A stretch of 64,000 nt of DNA from Octopus sinensis (Eukaryota), in contig NC_043009.1 in the NCBI RefSeq assembly GCF_006345805.1, positions 36,394,001 through 36,458,000 on the forward strand. The letters run 5' to 3'. The position numbers were made by a program, and so were the translations under genes. Below the pieces are notes generated by a model. The model was not told the origin of the DNA and did not search any database. It was given only the letters and a program-made list of their open reading frames with translations. Of the stretch, positions 24,188 to 37,940 are shown in pieces; position 1 is the first letter of the stretch; every line of letters starts with the position of its first letter.

Positions 24188-24970
24188 GCAGGTATGGCTG
24201 TGGTAAGAAATCTGCTTCCCAACCACATGGTTCTAGGATCAGTCCCACTGTGTGGCACCGGTATGGCAACTGTTTTCTGCTATAGTCTCAGACTGACCAA
24301 AGCCTTGTGAGCAGAGTTGGTAGGCAGAAACTGAAAGAAACCTGTCATATCTTCTTTATATATAAAAGTAAGGTTGTGTGTCTGTCTCCTACGATTTAGA
24401 TTCCTAACTACTCCCACATTTTGCGGTGCAGTTTAACCAAAACTGGGTATCTTATAGTCGTGATTCATATCGAGCCCTTCTGGGTATTAGTGCGCATCTA
24501 CGATGAGTCTACGATTTAAAAAAAAAATTACCATCATTTTTTTCCATTTTAATGCATTTTTTCGCTATTATATAAGGGAAGTAACTCTCTAAAAACGTCT
24601 ACGATGAGTCAACGATTTAAAAAAAAAAATTTACCATAATTTTTTTTCCATTTTTAATGCATTTTTTTGCTATTTTTGGGATTATAACTCTCTAAAAATG
24701 CTTATATAGTTATTTCCCTTACAAACCCGAGCAACGCCGGGCGATACTGCTAGTAGTTTATATAGTAGTAAATGAATGTCACTGTCACACAGGCGATGCC
24801 ATTTATTGTCAATATACTGCAGGAACATATATGGCCATGGGGAAATATTAACTTGCTTGGAAATATATGAAGGTTGGCAACAGGAAGAGAATCCATCTCT
24901 AGAAAATCTGCCTTAATAAACCTTTTAACCCATGCAAGCAGGGAAAGGTGGGCATTAAAATGGTGATGAT
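24188..24970 (+). mobile_element. tRNA-derived SINE with RTE-like tail, split by a Helitron (head 24188-24349, tail 24754-24970)
   Basis: Head GCAGGTATGGCTGTGGTAAGAA...CAGTCCCACTG. Tail GGTTGGCAACAGGAAG..AATCC..CTAGAAAATCTGCC...AACCCATGCAAGCAGGGAAAG...TTAAAATGGTGATGAT. An uninterrupted homologue lies at ~42770-43110 (-). Confidence 0.7.
24350..24753 (+). mobile_element. Non-autonomous Helitron
   Basis: A|TC at 24350; subterminal hairpin CCCGAGCAACGCCGGG at 24726-24741; CTAG|T at 24750-24753. Shares 5' ~230 bp and 3' end with 51282-52126. Confidence 0.88.
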
Positions 24971-25728
24971 AAATAAATAAACATTTTCAAATTTATTTCA
25001 TCGATGCAACAAGGAAAATCATAAGGAACCCATATTACCATCAACATCATTATCATTGTTGTTTTTCAAGCTGAAGAAACCTCTACATAGTCACTCAACC
25101 AGTGAGAAATAGCAGCCAGATTTACATTGAATAACTCTGATATTTGTTTTAAAAAAAGGAAGACACATTGGATAATGAATTCCTTGATATACTATGTCTG
25201 AAAAAAAAAGATGACTTGGTCACAAAATGCCTTTGATCAGATGCCTACTCAATCAGACTGAACCTTGGGCTAAACATCATAGTTACTATTGTTGTTTTAA
25301 TAGTTTGTTTTTCCCTCCTGACATTGGTTGGATATATTTTCAAAACACTTCTTAATTCTGCATCATTTTTTTCAGTGAAGTCAGCCCAATCACGTTCCTT
25401 CAGCTTTCTGTCACTTCTACCTTAAACTATTACTCAACATATCCATTTACACCATCACAACCATCTCTCTCTTAATTCCCAGGTTGCTCCACTCATGTAC
25501 AGTTGCTCTTTCCGCACACAAAATAGATTATACTCAGCTCATAGAGACACTACTACAGACCCAGCTTTATTGAAACACAAAAAAATACCTAGTTGATTAA
25601 CCCCAGGACAAACCTGATCCAGCATATTTATGATTAAAAGTGTTCCAATTTTTATTAAGACACAGCATACTAAGGATTATTCTTTACAATGTGTTCTTCC
25701 TTTTATAAGGCAGAAGAGTGTGATATAA

Positions 25729-25949
25729 CCCTTTAACAGTTAAACCAGCTACATTCACCCCAAATATTCTACCTATTTTATGCTCAAACTGGTCACATCT
25801 AACCTCTCACACCTATCCTACAATGTCATTCTAAAAATAATCAATGACATCATCAAAATCTCAAAGACCACAAGATAAATCATGGTCATTTCAAAACAAT
25901 GTGAATGGATAAGCATTACATTTAACTTGGTAATTTGAATGCTAAAGGT
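25729..25949. mobile_element. TTAA-type MITE copy
   Basis: Homologous to 44465-44681; ends AATGCTAAAGG. Confidence 0.65.
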
Positions 25950-28202
25950 TTAGCAGAAATGTGGATGGTTTTTCTAAACTGGTTGAGTGACCATATAGAA
26001 GTTTCCTCTTCCATTCATATAACAGCTGTTGTTGTTAACCATGTTTTGCCTTGGACCAGCCCTGACTGAACTGGCCTACAATGAAAGAAATTCCAGCCAT
26101 GACCTAACATGTTTCTAATCTGTTTATAAACCTAAGAGCACATTGTTCAGTGTAGCCTTCCTGTTTTAAGATGGCTGGATGTGGTTTGAGGGATTTTAGC
26201 TGCCATAAAACACAAAAACATGAAAGATGAAGGTTAATCTAAAAAAGATTAATTATTGTTAATGATCAGTAATAATTAATAAACTCACAACATTTTCAGG
26301 CAGAAAGCTATTTCTGTGTCTTCTAGCAGTTTCCCTGATTCTGATTTTAAAACAATGAAATGTTTTCACTCTATCTCATCTTCGAAATAATTTTGAAACA
26401 ACCAATTACAGTAATTAGCATCATTGCTTTTCCATTTTATTGGCAGAAATTTATAAATTTTTCTCTAAATTCATTGTTTCTTACCATTAACAAACATTTT
26501 TCTTGCAATTTGTGCATTTTCTTATTTAAAAACAACAGAAAAACATAACTTTGTAAACAAGCTGTGAAATAGAATACAGAAAAAAAAATTCCTGAGTACA
26601 AAAAAAGAAAAACAGGAACTAAATCAAAGATAAAACTATCTGAAAAAACTTGGAATTAATTTTTTTATTCATTTAAATGCCGTTTCAATAAAATTTGGTA
26701 TAACATAAGAATATGGGCAATTAAATTCTTAAAAACAATACAAAACAACAACAATCTCAAACAGGTCTTTGGAATTCATTGTTTGCAGGGGTAACCGAGA
26801 AAAGTAAAACATTTCTCACTAAAAACTACAAAAATTAGGTATAATAATAATAATAATAATACTATTATGTACTTATTTTTGTTTTGGTGGGTGATATGAG
26901 ATAAAAGATATAATTTTTTTTTTAAATCAAGAAAAACTTTTGGCTAATATTTAATTAATGATAACATACTGAAATATACCTACTTGAATTTATGTGTGTG
27001 TGTATTATATATATATATATTTATATATAGCAATTACAGCATAGAAGACAGATTTTAGTCATTGGAAAACATTCAAAAGTTTAACATTACTTAAATCATA
27101 TATCACTTTAGGTCAATTTTGACAGCAAATTAATTAATGATTAACTGAAGTCAATAATGGCTAATATGTGGCTTCTACATTGTAATTGCTTTAGTTTCAA
27201 CACTTAGACTCTAGTCAAGTCCCTTGCAAAACAAGTACAATTCATATATAAGTGGTCAGCACATCCTTATGTTAGAAATATGTAGTCTGATGTAGAGTAT
27301 TATGATATGGGTGACAGGATTACATAAATGGATCTAAAGGTTTCTTCTAAATGGCCATTTGACTGGGTGTTATAAATATTAGCAGCAGACTGAGAAGAAA
27401 TTTCTTCTCACTGTGTATAGTCAACTGACCAAAAAGCCAACTGAATGAAACCATGGTTTAGATAATGTATCATCTTGTTTATCTCACATGCACACACACA
27501 CTCCACAAGCACACACACACACACTCACACAATGTCCTCTATGATTTGGTCCATCAGAAATGAAATGCAGAAAGTAATATTGATAGAATTAACAGAAGAA
27601 TCAATGAGATCTATAGACCTGATTATATAACAAAAGAAAACTCACAATTATTTCCTTCAATATTTCGGACTGATTTGACTTATTAGATACACAGCAACAC
27701 ACAGACAGATATGTGGATTCTTAAAAATACCATTAACTAATTAGTTTAGAGTGCATCTTTTGTTTTTTATCTTCTAATTTTCTATAGTAAAAGAGAAATT
27801 ATGTTAGAAAAAGCATCAATCAACAAGGCCAGAATTCATTGTCAGAAACTCATAAAAGAACTGCTCATTAAATCAGTCCTACATGTCAGTACATCAAGAA
27901 CTTTGTTATTAGGACTTCAAATATTGTTTGCAAAGTTTGATATTACTATGCTATAAATAAACTGTCTACATCTATTACTAGATCTAATAATACTAATACT
28001 ATTACTACTGCACTTGCTGCTTGATATTAATGCATTTATATGGCATACTGAAGTCATCTTCATCCCTTTCTAAAGAGCAAACAATTTACATAAAGGCAAC
28101 AACACCTTTTTTATATTAAAATAGAACACATACACACTTCACACACATACATTATATATATATATATATTATATTATATATATATATTATATATATATAT
28201 TG

Positions 28203-28341
28203 TGGCGTTAGGAAGGGCATCCAGCCGTAGAAACACTGCCAGATCAGACTGGGCCCGATGCAGCCTTCTGGCTTCACAGACCCCAATTGAACCGTCCAAC
28301 CCATGCTAGCATGGAAAGCAGACGCTTGATGATGATGATGA
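28203..28341 (+). mobile_element. Short RTE-tail element
   Basis: Core plus CCATGCTAGCATGG and (GAT)n. Confidence 0.85.
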
Positions 28342-28368
28342 TATATATATAATCAGTTAATAAACACA

Positions 28369-28517
28369 GGATTTGAATGTGAGCTTCTATGTTTCATGTG
28401 CAGTAAGTGGGTTAGCGTGTATAGCATACCAACTTGAATGATTGCAGGATAATATCAGGCCCATCTGATTATTGTACTATCCAAGCATGAAACGTATAGG
28501 AGCTCACATTTAAATCC
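28369..28517. repeat. Inverted repeat, ~30-bp arms, 87-nt spacer
   Basis: GGATTTGAATGTGAGCTTCTATGTTTCATG (28369-28398) versus CATGAAACGTATAGGAGCTCACATTTAAATCC (28486-28517): 2 substitutions and one 2-nt indel. Confidence 0.8.
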
Positions 28518-31500
28518 CATGTCTTATCAAATTATATTCATCTCCCACTGGATTGAGTACTTATTGATTTTTACCAGTAACTGAACAGTGCACTATATAT
28601 ATAATACATACACAGTGTGCGTATATATATATTGGGAGAGTTATATGAAAGCCTATAAATATATTCACAAGTAATCCCATCAAGATAGTCACAGGTAAAT
28701 GTGAGGAAAACTTATGTGAATATAACTAACACCAGAATCACAATAGTGTCTATAAGCAATAGAACAATAGTGTTTTGGGGTGAAATTCTTACAAAATGTG
28801 TTTGTGCACTCACACATCTCTTGCCAGAGGAACAGGATTATACTCCCTTCTTAGCCTGACCAATAGTAAATTAATGAAATACCTGACTAGTTACACACTT
28901 AACAACAAAACTTCCATAAACTAGAAACCCTTCAACAGGTAAAACCCTTACCAAAATTAAAATCCCTTTGAGAGACAATCATGCAATATTAATGTATGTC
29001 AATATATGAACTAATATAATCAAAAACACCATAAACCAAGGACCTGTAAACAAGTTTACCCTACAAGAACTATAATTTCAATAAAGGACAACTCTAAAAC
29101 CCTAAGAACAAAAGGTTCACAATTAACAACACACACACAAATAACAAATATATCCCATCTTCAGTTGCTTAACAGATGATATTATGATATGTGTGTATGT
29201 ATGAGTGCATGGATGTGTATGAATGTATATACTATACTATTTAGATACATATAAGATAATATGAACAAGTGTGGGGAAGAATAATTCTTATATACATTAC
29301 CATATTTTCATTAAATAAAATATAATCTTTTGAAGCTTAGGATTTGTAGAGGGGAAAGCTGCAGTTAAGTGAATTGAAGGCTACTTAAAAATCAAAACAG
29401 CATATTCATGTTAATATATGTTGACCTGAAATATCAGGTCATATACTTCGATCTGCTGTGCTAGTGCCACTCAAATTTGATCTGCAAGTGTTATTCAAGC
29501 TGATATTCAATATTAGTTACATTAGGAAGAGGTTTAAATTTGCACAGTCATCCAACTCATGCCAGTGTAAGAAGAAAAATTAATTGAAAAACAAATGTTT
29601 GGAAGCAAATAGACCAAACAAAATAATACATACACAGTTTCATTCATTTCAGTAACTACAAAACTATTTCAATAATGTAGAAAAACTAATATCATTCACA
29701 GCAATAACAACCAAAATAGTTATTCAAAACCCATTTCTACAATCACTAAAATTTAACTCTTAAAAATTCAACCAAATAAAATTAATGAAATGAAATTTTA
29801 AACAAGGAACAGTTAAGAGAATTTTAGTTTTCTCATGATACAGTTATATTACAGTTACAGTTCTGTTATTATTATAACACATATCACTACTATATTATAT
29901 AGTATATAATATTATATAACAGTACAGTTACCTTGCTTTTACATAACTACCTGTAGTACGAATTACTGTAAGTTTCTGCTTACACAAAAAACCTTATATT
30001 CTAGTGATATTGTGAGTTACTGTGGGTAACTCCTAAGTATGTTATCTCCAAGTTAACCGCTGATCTTAACTATAGAAACAGACACTTCAAAATAATAGCT
30101 GTATATTCACCATTCCCCCACTTTTTTTATATTTTCCAAATGTTACAACAGTACAATAAATATAATCATAACTTCAATAAATACAGAACAAAGATCTTTT
30201 TCTATCAGGTGCTTTCAACTGTTGCTAGCAGTCTTGTTCCACCTGTTTCTTACCATCAACAATTATTCATAAGGCTACATTAGATAATTCATAGTGAGAT
30301 AGTTTGATGTCCTATCCAAAAGGAGATTTATTCTTATCTCCTACAAGACTCGATCTCCCTTAATTATCCATTTAATCATCTCATCTCTACAGTCACATAC
30401 CACACAATCTCACAGATATGGAATACATGGTGGAGTAGACTTAATTAGTTTAACACCACCATGGGCGTTTCCACTCTGCTGGAAACAATCAGACCAGCTC
30501 TGAATGTTTGAGAAAAACTCCATACCTTGACACTCTGTTTTCTACTACAGCAACCCATAGAAGTGATTTCTTCCTCCCTATCTCCAAACATCTTGGAGAT
30601 TTTGTAAAAGAAATGTCATGGGTTTTGTGTCTCAGGTCCTTCACTAAGACAACAAAAAAAAAAAACTACCAAAAAAAAAAATCATAGTCTCACTATGTTT
30701 TATAGACATACATGGAACTTACTTGTATGTCTATGAACATGTACTCACATGTCAAGCTCTCACTGTAACTATATTTCACCATAATTACAATCTCGCTGGT
30801 AATTATGTTTAATAGATATATTCTAGATGTACCTTAGTCATATTCTCATCATAACTGTGTTTCACATGCAATGGTAGTGTAGAACATAAAGGAGAATAAA
30901 ACATTGAGAGATTTTCTTCTTCAAAACATGTTTCACATATATGCCACACAAAATATAAAATGTGTACAAAATTTTAAAATAAAGTATTTTTTTTATAAAT
31001 GATGTACTAAAATAGTAATAAATAAACAATTTGTTTTAAATCATTTTCACGGTTCTCTGATTTTGTCAAACTGACTGGGAATAAAAAGAAAAAAATGCTA
31101 TTTACATGTGATAGAGTGTATACAAACTGGCAGATTAAATGGTGATAAATTGTGAATAAAGATTTATAAAAAAAAAAGATACTTTAGTCAAAGTGACAGA
31201 TCTGAAGGTAGGAGTTGATATAGCAATCAATCTAAGATCATTACATAATATTATTTATAATAAAAAAAAAACATTTGTAAACATTGCTCATTATATATAC
31301 AGACACTGTTAGAAAAAGTTAACTCAACATGGAACTTTACAGCAATCAACATTAATTGCAATAATTAGTTAACCACAAACATGATTACAGAGATACATTA
31401 TAAATAATAGAAAAAAATTATTTTTTTGAAAATTAATAATACTGTCTTACAATACACATAATTTCTATTTAAAAAAATATAAAACGGAAACAAATTTAAT

Positions 31501-32268
31501 GAAGAGATCCATACTTATTTGACTTTGATGGTCATGCTTTATTAATTAAAGAATTATTAAATTCAGATTATATGTAAAAAATGTTTATCAGAGATTATTT
31601 GTCTCCTTTTTGTTAAAGTAATGTCCAGTAGCCTTCTGGAATGTAGTAAAATGCTAAAAATATCCCACCCAAAATGAAGAGGCTTGCAAGGACTAGTACT
31701 AACTAAAGAGATAAATCTCTCCTTGGATACAATGTAAGTCTGACACAGTCAACATTCCTCGATAACCCATTCCCCAACTGCCAAAATACAATGAAATATG
31801 TGTCATGTACTGAACTCCAAACTTCTGAGTTGGCAATGCAATAATTTTATCCATCCTACCATTCTTCTTCTGCACTGATATGTTAGTACATCCTTGAGAG
31901 TATAGTCTTTGTGCAATGGTGATTTCAAGGGAAAAGAACACAGCAGAGAACATTTCAGTTGCCTTTTTCCAGCCTTATGGGAGGATTTGAGATAATCATT
32001 GTATTCGAAAACAATAATCCAGTTAACTGTGCCTCTCAATGGAACCTATTTTCAGTTAGGTACAGACAGTTTTTAATCTGTAAAATGCCAAGACAACAAC
32101 ATATCAAGAAATGGCAGGATACCTGATTCAGGATGCCAATCAGGTGGCACCCAACAGATATGGTATTTTGAAATTTTTTCTCTGTTATTTTTTTGGTTTT
32201 TATTAATTTTTTAAACTGTTTAGTAATAATATGAAGTAAAACATCATGCCATCACACAAATATAGTAA

Positions 32269-32305
<37 letters not shown>

Positions 32306-35300
32306 AAAATAATAATAAATTGAACTGCATACCAATTTTTTGGAATAGACTCAAAAGTTCAGATTTAATGGAAGCAAAAGAAAGGGGGCGAAAAAAGCAA
32401 TCTGATAGACTTTTGTGATTCTTATAATTCAGATGTTAAAAATATCAAATTATGATCTATGGAAAAAAAGAAAAAAAGATAAATATATAAGCACTTTCCA
32501 CCCAACTCTACCCATTTCTTATGAAAATTAGAATTCATATTCTTGTAAAAATATCTAGTATCACACAAAAGCACAAACTGTCCGTAAAAATGCTATTCAT
32601 CTTAGCAATTTTAAAAAACTTCAAGCAAAGATAAATACTTATTCTTAATAATAATAATAGATTTATACAGTTTATTGTAGATTTTTGAAGAAAACTGGAA
32701 TTAAATTCCTGTTTGTTTCAATAATGTTACAGTAAATATCACACAGATTTAGATAAAGCTTTGACCCTTCACAGAATCATTAGTGAATAATATGGTGGAG
32801 ATAAGGAATGAGGACAATCGGTGGGGAAGGAATTTATAAAAAAATAAATAAATATCTTCAAAGCCAGCCTAAAAAAGCTCACTAAGAACAGTGAGCAGTG
32901 CTAATTGCAGGGTGTGAAGTGAGTGAGGGAGAGATAAATACCACCCCTACTAAGACGGCATTCTCTCAAAAATAAGATTCCCAGAATGTCTTGCATATAT
33001 TTCTATCTGCTAGGTAAACCAAGGGGTACAAAATTATAAGTTTTATCCAATGATACAAATGAAATGCAAGCAGTAGATTTGAACAGGGGACTTTTTAAGT
33101 AGTCCTGTACAATAACCACTGGGCCAGTTTGTCACAATTGGGCATGGTTTGTTCTAAAAGTAAAAGGACTGAACTCACAGCCTGTTGACATTAACAAGGG
33201 GCCTATATGTATATGTATACATACAGCCATACACACAAACATACAGTTGATGTGCTTCTACAAAATGTCCATCAACCAAAGTACTGATCAACCCAAGGCT
33301 AAAGTAGAAGGCAGCTGCTGAAGGTGCCATGCAGTAAAATTGAATCTGGAACCATGCAATTTCAAAGCAAACTTCTTCACGATACAGCCATGCCTGTCTC
33401 TGCACACAACACACACGTGTGTGTGTGTCCAAATATACACATATATAGAGAGGAACTACACAAGTGTACAACAATCCAGAGTAAAAAAAAACAAATATGG
33501 TAGGATTATTATTACCATTATTATTGGTTATGGTTTTTATGGTTTTAGTAGTAGCAGCAGCTGCTGCAGTTGTATCATCTAAAACTGACCTAAGAGTGGA
33601 TATGGATTCATTGGCTCGACATCCCTGTCAATAATACCTATCAGTTCCTGTATACATGATCAGGTCTAGGATGATGGCACCTGAGTAAACTGAATTTCAG
33701 CACCCTCACAACTAGAAATAAACAAATTTCTAATGATTTATCAAATGTAAGAATGTTTTATTTCATTTTTCTACTTTCATATTTTTCCCTGTGTATTTCT
33801 TGAAACATATTAAACATGACATAGCACCCAAACCACAACGCTTCTTTAAGCACATCACATCCCAGGCAACTACTTGAGTTGCTGGTAACATCAACAGCTT
33901 CGACTGTGACACTTGTATTATAAAACATGTTGACATTTTCAATACTGAAATATTCTAATTCATATGTAAATTAGGATTTTACTTTGGGTTTGTTTGCTTT
34001 TTAACAAGACAATACTTTCTAAACCCAGCAACATTTCTATACTACAACACTTCAAAGTAAAAAAAATAATAAACAGAATTAATGGTATTCTAAAAGAGAT
34101 ATCCATTTACTGAATATAAAACTTCCACATAGTATATGTCCCCTTTCTTTAGTAACTTAATAGTTTCAATATGTGACATCAGTTCAGATCTTTTGCAAAA
34201 CAAATATAATAAAGGCATTATTATAACAGTTTTAGTAAAAACGTTACAAGCTTATAATAATAGTCAAAACAACTATTGACAAGTAAATAAATTTCTTTGT
34301 GGAGAGAAAAGCACAACAATTTGTTGGCAGTAAAATACACTTACTGTAAAATTGAGTTTATATATATATATATATATATATTTATGTATGCATGTATGCA
34401 TGCAATAATGTTGAATTAATAACAAGATGTTTATTTTAAAATGTAATGATGAGTGCAATTTTCCATTGACATTTTTGAAAAAAATTAAATGGTAATGAAA
34501 AAATATTTGCCAAAACAAATGCGATACATATTTCATAGTAGTTGAAGCTGCCTGCTATTCTTCCTGATGTGTGTGTGTGTGTGTGTGTGCACGTGCAAAT
34601 ATACATGGGAAGCAAGATTAGTCAATACATAACAGAGTTAATAACAACAACAATAAATAAATTTTTTTTAAAGTGAGATTTTACATAATTGTTACTTTGA
34701 GCTTTGTATCTCTACTTTTGGTCACAAGTCAGTTGCTATAGAAACTGGAGATGTAAAAGTTGGTGTAGAGAGGTGTAGAATCACAGCTTTTACTTCTTCA
34801 CACACACATATATATGCATGTATATACATATACGCACACACATATATATATGTATATACATATACACGCATTATATGAGAGAAAATATAATACAGAAGAA
34901 AAATAACTAATGAAAATAGCTAATTAACACTGAACTAAAATTCCTTATATCTTAAGTGGTACATATATTATGTGCATGCATGTGTGCATGTAAAGGAATC
35001 AAGTTTTCTTTTCCTTGTTCTCCACCAGGCTACCATCTGCTATGAGGCATAGGTTATAACCATTATAGTCAAGAAGCCAAGTGTAGCCATGGAATGTGAT
35101 GTTTGAAAATACCATCAGATACTCAATCAAGGCAAAGATAGAATACACTGAAAGAAGAATAAATCAGTATCAGAGAGAGAGAGTGACAGAGACAGACAGA
35201 GAAATGTGCCAATACAATAATTTAAAACATTAACATGTGCACAGAAATTTAAACCTTTTGATACGAATCCACCTGAAACCATCCCAGGTTCTATGATAGC

Positions 35301-35719
35301 AGCTTCCCCATCAAAATTTTGCTTTTCCTAATACCAGCATTATAAAGACACAGTTAATTTAGGAAATACTTCATTACTTTCAAAATTAACTGAAACAAAG
35401 GCCAGTGTATTTGAAGAGAAATATGGTAACTAAATGGTTAATAATCCAAGTTAAAAACTTGTCTTCAGAGAAAATATAACTTGAATTCAAAGTAGAGAAA
35501 TCAGAAAAATAATTTTAATATAAACCTGTTCCTCAATTAATATTTATGATTTATTAGCATTCATAACACTAATTCTGAGGGGTTGTAATTAGTATTACAT
35601 ATAAACAAAGTCATTATTTCTCAATGGTGTCAGTAAAGACTGAAAAGGGGGAAAACAAATTGCGATGTTTAATAAAATTCAGAAGTATTCGTTATTAGCA
35701 ATGGAAATAGTATTAGTTC

Positions 35720-35916
35720 AAAATAGCATTCTGTATAGCTTACTTAATGTGGATATACTGTAGAAAGTCAGAAAACTGCAGTATTCATCTTAAGAAATCA
35801 TCTTGTATGGTAGTGCTTTATATGTCTATAAGTGATACTTTCTTGAAATGAATACTCCAGTTTTCTGACTTTCTATGATATATCTACATTAAGTAAGCTA
35901 TACAGAATGCTATTTT
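35720..35916. repeat. Inverted repeat, 78-bp arms, 41-nt spacer
   Basis: Arms 35720-35797 and 35839-35916; 71/78 complementary with no indels; the outer 31 bp are perfect. Confidence 0.93.
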
Positions 35917-36164
35917 AAAGATAATATGGTTTTAAAACAGTTTCTACTTATTCAGCAACATCGTTATGAAGAAAGATTTTTATGGATGTAAATTCTACTT
36001 TGTTGGATCGTTAATAAATGAGGAAGACAAGCAAAAAATGTTTTACTAATAGTTTAAGTGTGTGGCCAGGGCTGCTATTGATCAGTTTAAAAACTTCTGA
36101 ACAAAGGGTACTATGGATGGTGTGGTGGGGTGTGTCAGTAGATACTAGGCAGAGACTCAGTTCA

Positions 36165-36373
36165 CAAAGTGACAGAAATTTATTCAATTGATTCTAATGT
36201 AATGCTGTGATTAAACCTTTACCATAAAAACCTATCTGAACAACTTTACACCAATGACATAAAAAAGTGACAAAGTGACAGAAATTTATTCAATTGATTC
36301 TAATGTAATGCTGTGATTAAACCTTTACCATAAAAACCTATCTGAACAACTTTACACCAATGACATAAAAAAG
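36165..36373. repeat. Tandem duplication, 106-bp period
   Basis: CAAAGTGACAGAAATTTATTC... at 36165 and 36271; AAAGTGAC microhomology at the junction. Confidence 0.93.
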
Positions 36374-36488
36374 GGGCCTGTTTTATAGTTATTAAATGTA
36401 ATACAAACTGTCAACTCTAACTTTATATAAAAACTTTCAAGTGGCTCCAAACACCCACATAATATATATGTATATATATATATATATA

Positions 36489-36674
36489 TTAATTTAGAGA
36501 TAGTAGGCCCCTACATCTCACCATATAAAAAGAATTTTTATTCTTATTTTAAATACCTACTGATTTATTACTTGGCAACACATGTTACCAAGTAATAAAA
36601 CAGTAGGTATTTAAAATAAAAATAAAAATTCTTTTCATATGGTGAGATGTAGGGGTCTACTATCTCTAAATTAA
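36489..36674. repeat. Near-perfect palindrome, 92-bp arms, 2-nt centre
   Basis: Arms 36489-36580 and 36583-36674; 87/92 complementary with no indels; (AT)n tracts nearby on both sides. Confidence 0.95.
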
Positions 36675-36754
36675 AATATATTTCTTCATTGAGAATAATT
36701 AGAACCTCTATCATGCCGGAATTTTTATTCCCTAAAAAATAATATTTAAATATA

Positions 36755-36796
<42 letters not shown>

Positions 36797-37940
36797 ATGG
36801 ACAGTCCTATACGGTGGTTCAACCTGCTAGATGTAGCAGTAAAATCTGCATCAAATCACACTAATGTTTTTAACATTCAGATTGCTCCATCACATGTAAG
36901 GCTTATTTATTCACTTTGTTTTGAGTTAATCATGTGTTATCTAAGAGCTCCGAGATTTTGATGTGATAGTGAAAGACCAGATCTGACTGGTTTGAACATC
37001 AAACCAATAAAATATGATATGGCTGGTTTGAATGCTAAAAGACTAAGATGATAGAAAGGTTACAGCTGGTTTACCAATCATCGGAGACCAGAACTGACAG
37101 AGTTAAACAACAACAACAAATAAATTCTTTTTTTTTTCCATTAACCTAATTTCTGCATAATTTTCACTAGGAATCAAAACACAAGACATACAAGTAAACT
37201 TTAAAGAAGGTAGGGTGCATAGGTACATCAAGAGTGGTGTCCCCAAATTTTAGGAAACTTGGACTTTCTGAAGGATGCAATGTTTTAACAGCAGGCAGCA
37301 AATACAAGTAATTTAATAATTCATTTCATGCTTTGAGTGTGAAAAAATACTTCTGAAAGTCTTTAATTCTCTGTTTTTGCTCTCTATCTCTTTTACTCTT
37401 TTACTTGTTTCACTCATTAGACTGCAGCCATGCTGGGGCACTGCCTTGAAGAACTGTTAGTCGAAAGTATTGATTTCTTCAAAGTCTAGTACTTATTCTA
37501 TTGGTCTCTTTTGCCAAGCCACTAATACTATACATGTATGAGACATCATTGCCATCTTTCTTTACTTATTACTGCTTTTTCTGTCTCCACATTTACCCTT
37601 TTCTGATGAGCCAAAGTGCACCTGAGCACTGGAAACATTAAGCTTGTTGTTATGATTATGAAATCTGAAAGTAACTAGTGACTTGTATGAGGGAAGTTCA
37701 AACAGCAATAACACTGTAGATCACAGACCCAAACTAACTAACACATACAAGAATATAGATTACATTGGCATGCTTATAATTGGAAGTAACTGAGAGAGAG
37801 AGAGAAAGAAGGAAATGCCACTACTACTGTCACAATAGAGGCTTATAAAAACTGGGCTGTTCTGTCAACAGATGCAGTAGAAGTGTGCCAGTGAACATGT
37901 CACAAATGCAGTTCTATATTTAAGAGATGAGGAATTATGT

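Noticed and set aside
30425-30465. CATGGTGG...CCACCATG hairpin and HGGVD (piggyBac MGGVD-like) motif
   Set aside because: The stem is only 8 bp and the surrounding frames do not support a transposase.
31699-32039. Two overlapping minus ORFs as an L1/Tx1 fragment or an exon
   Set aside because: No diagnostic motif and no compatible splice sites.
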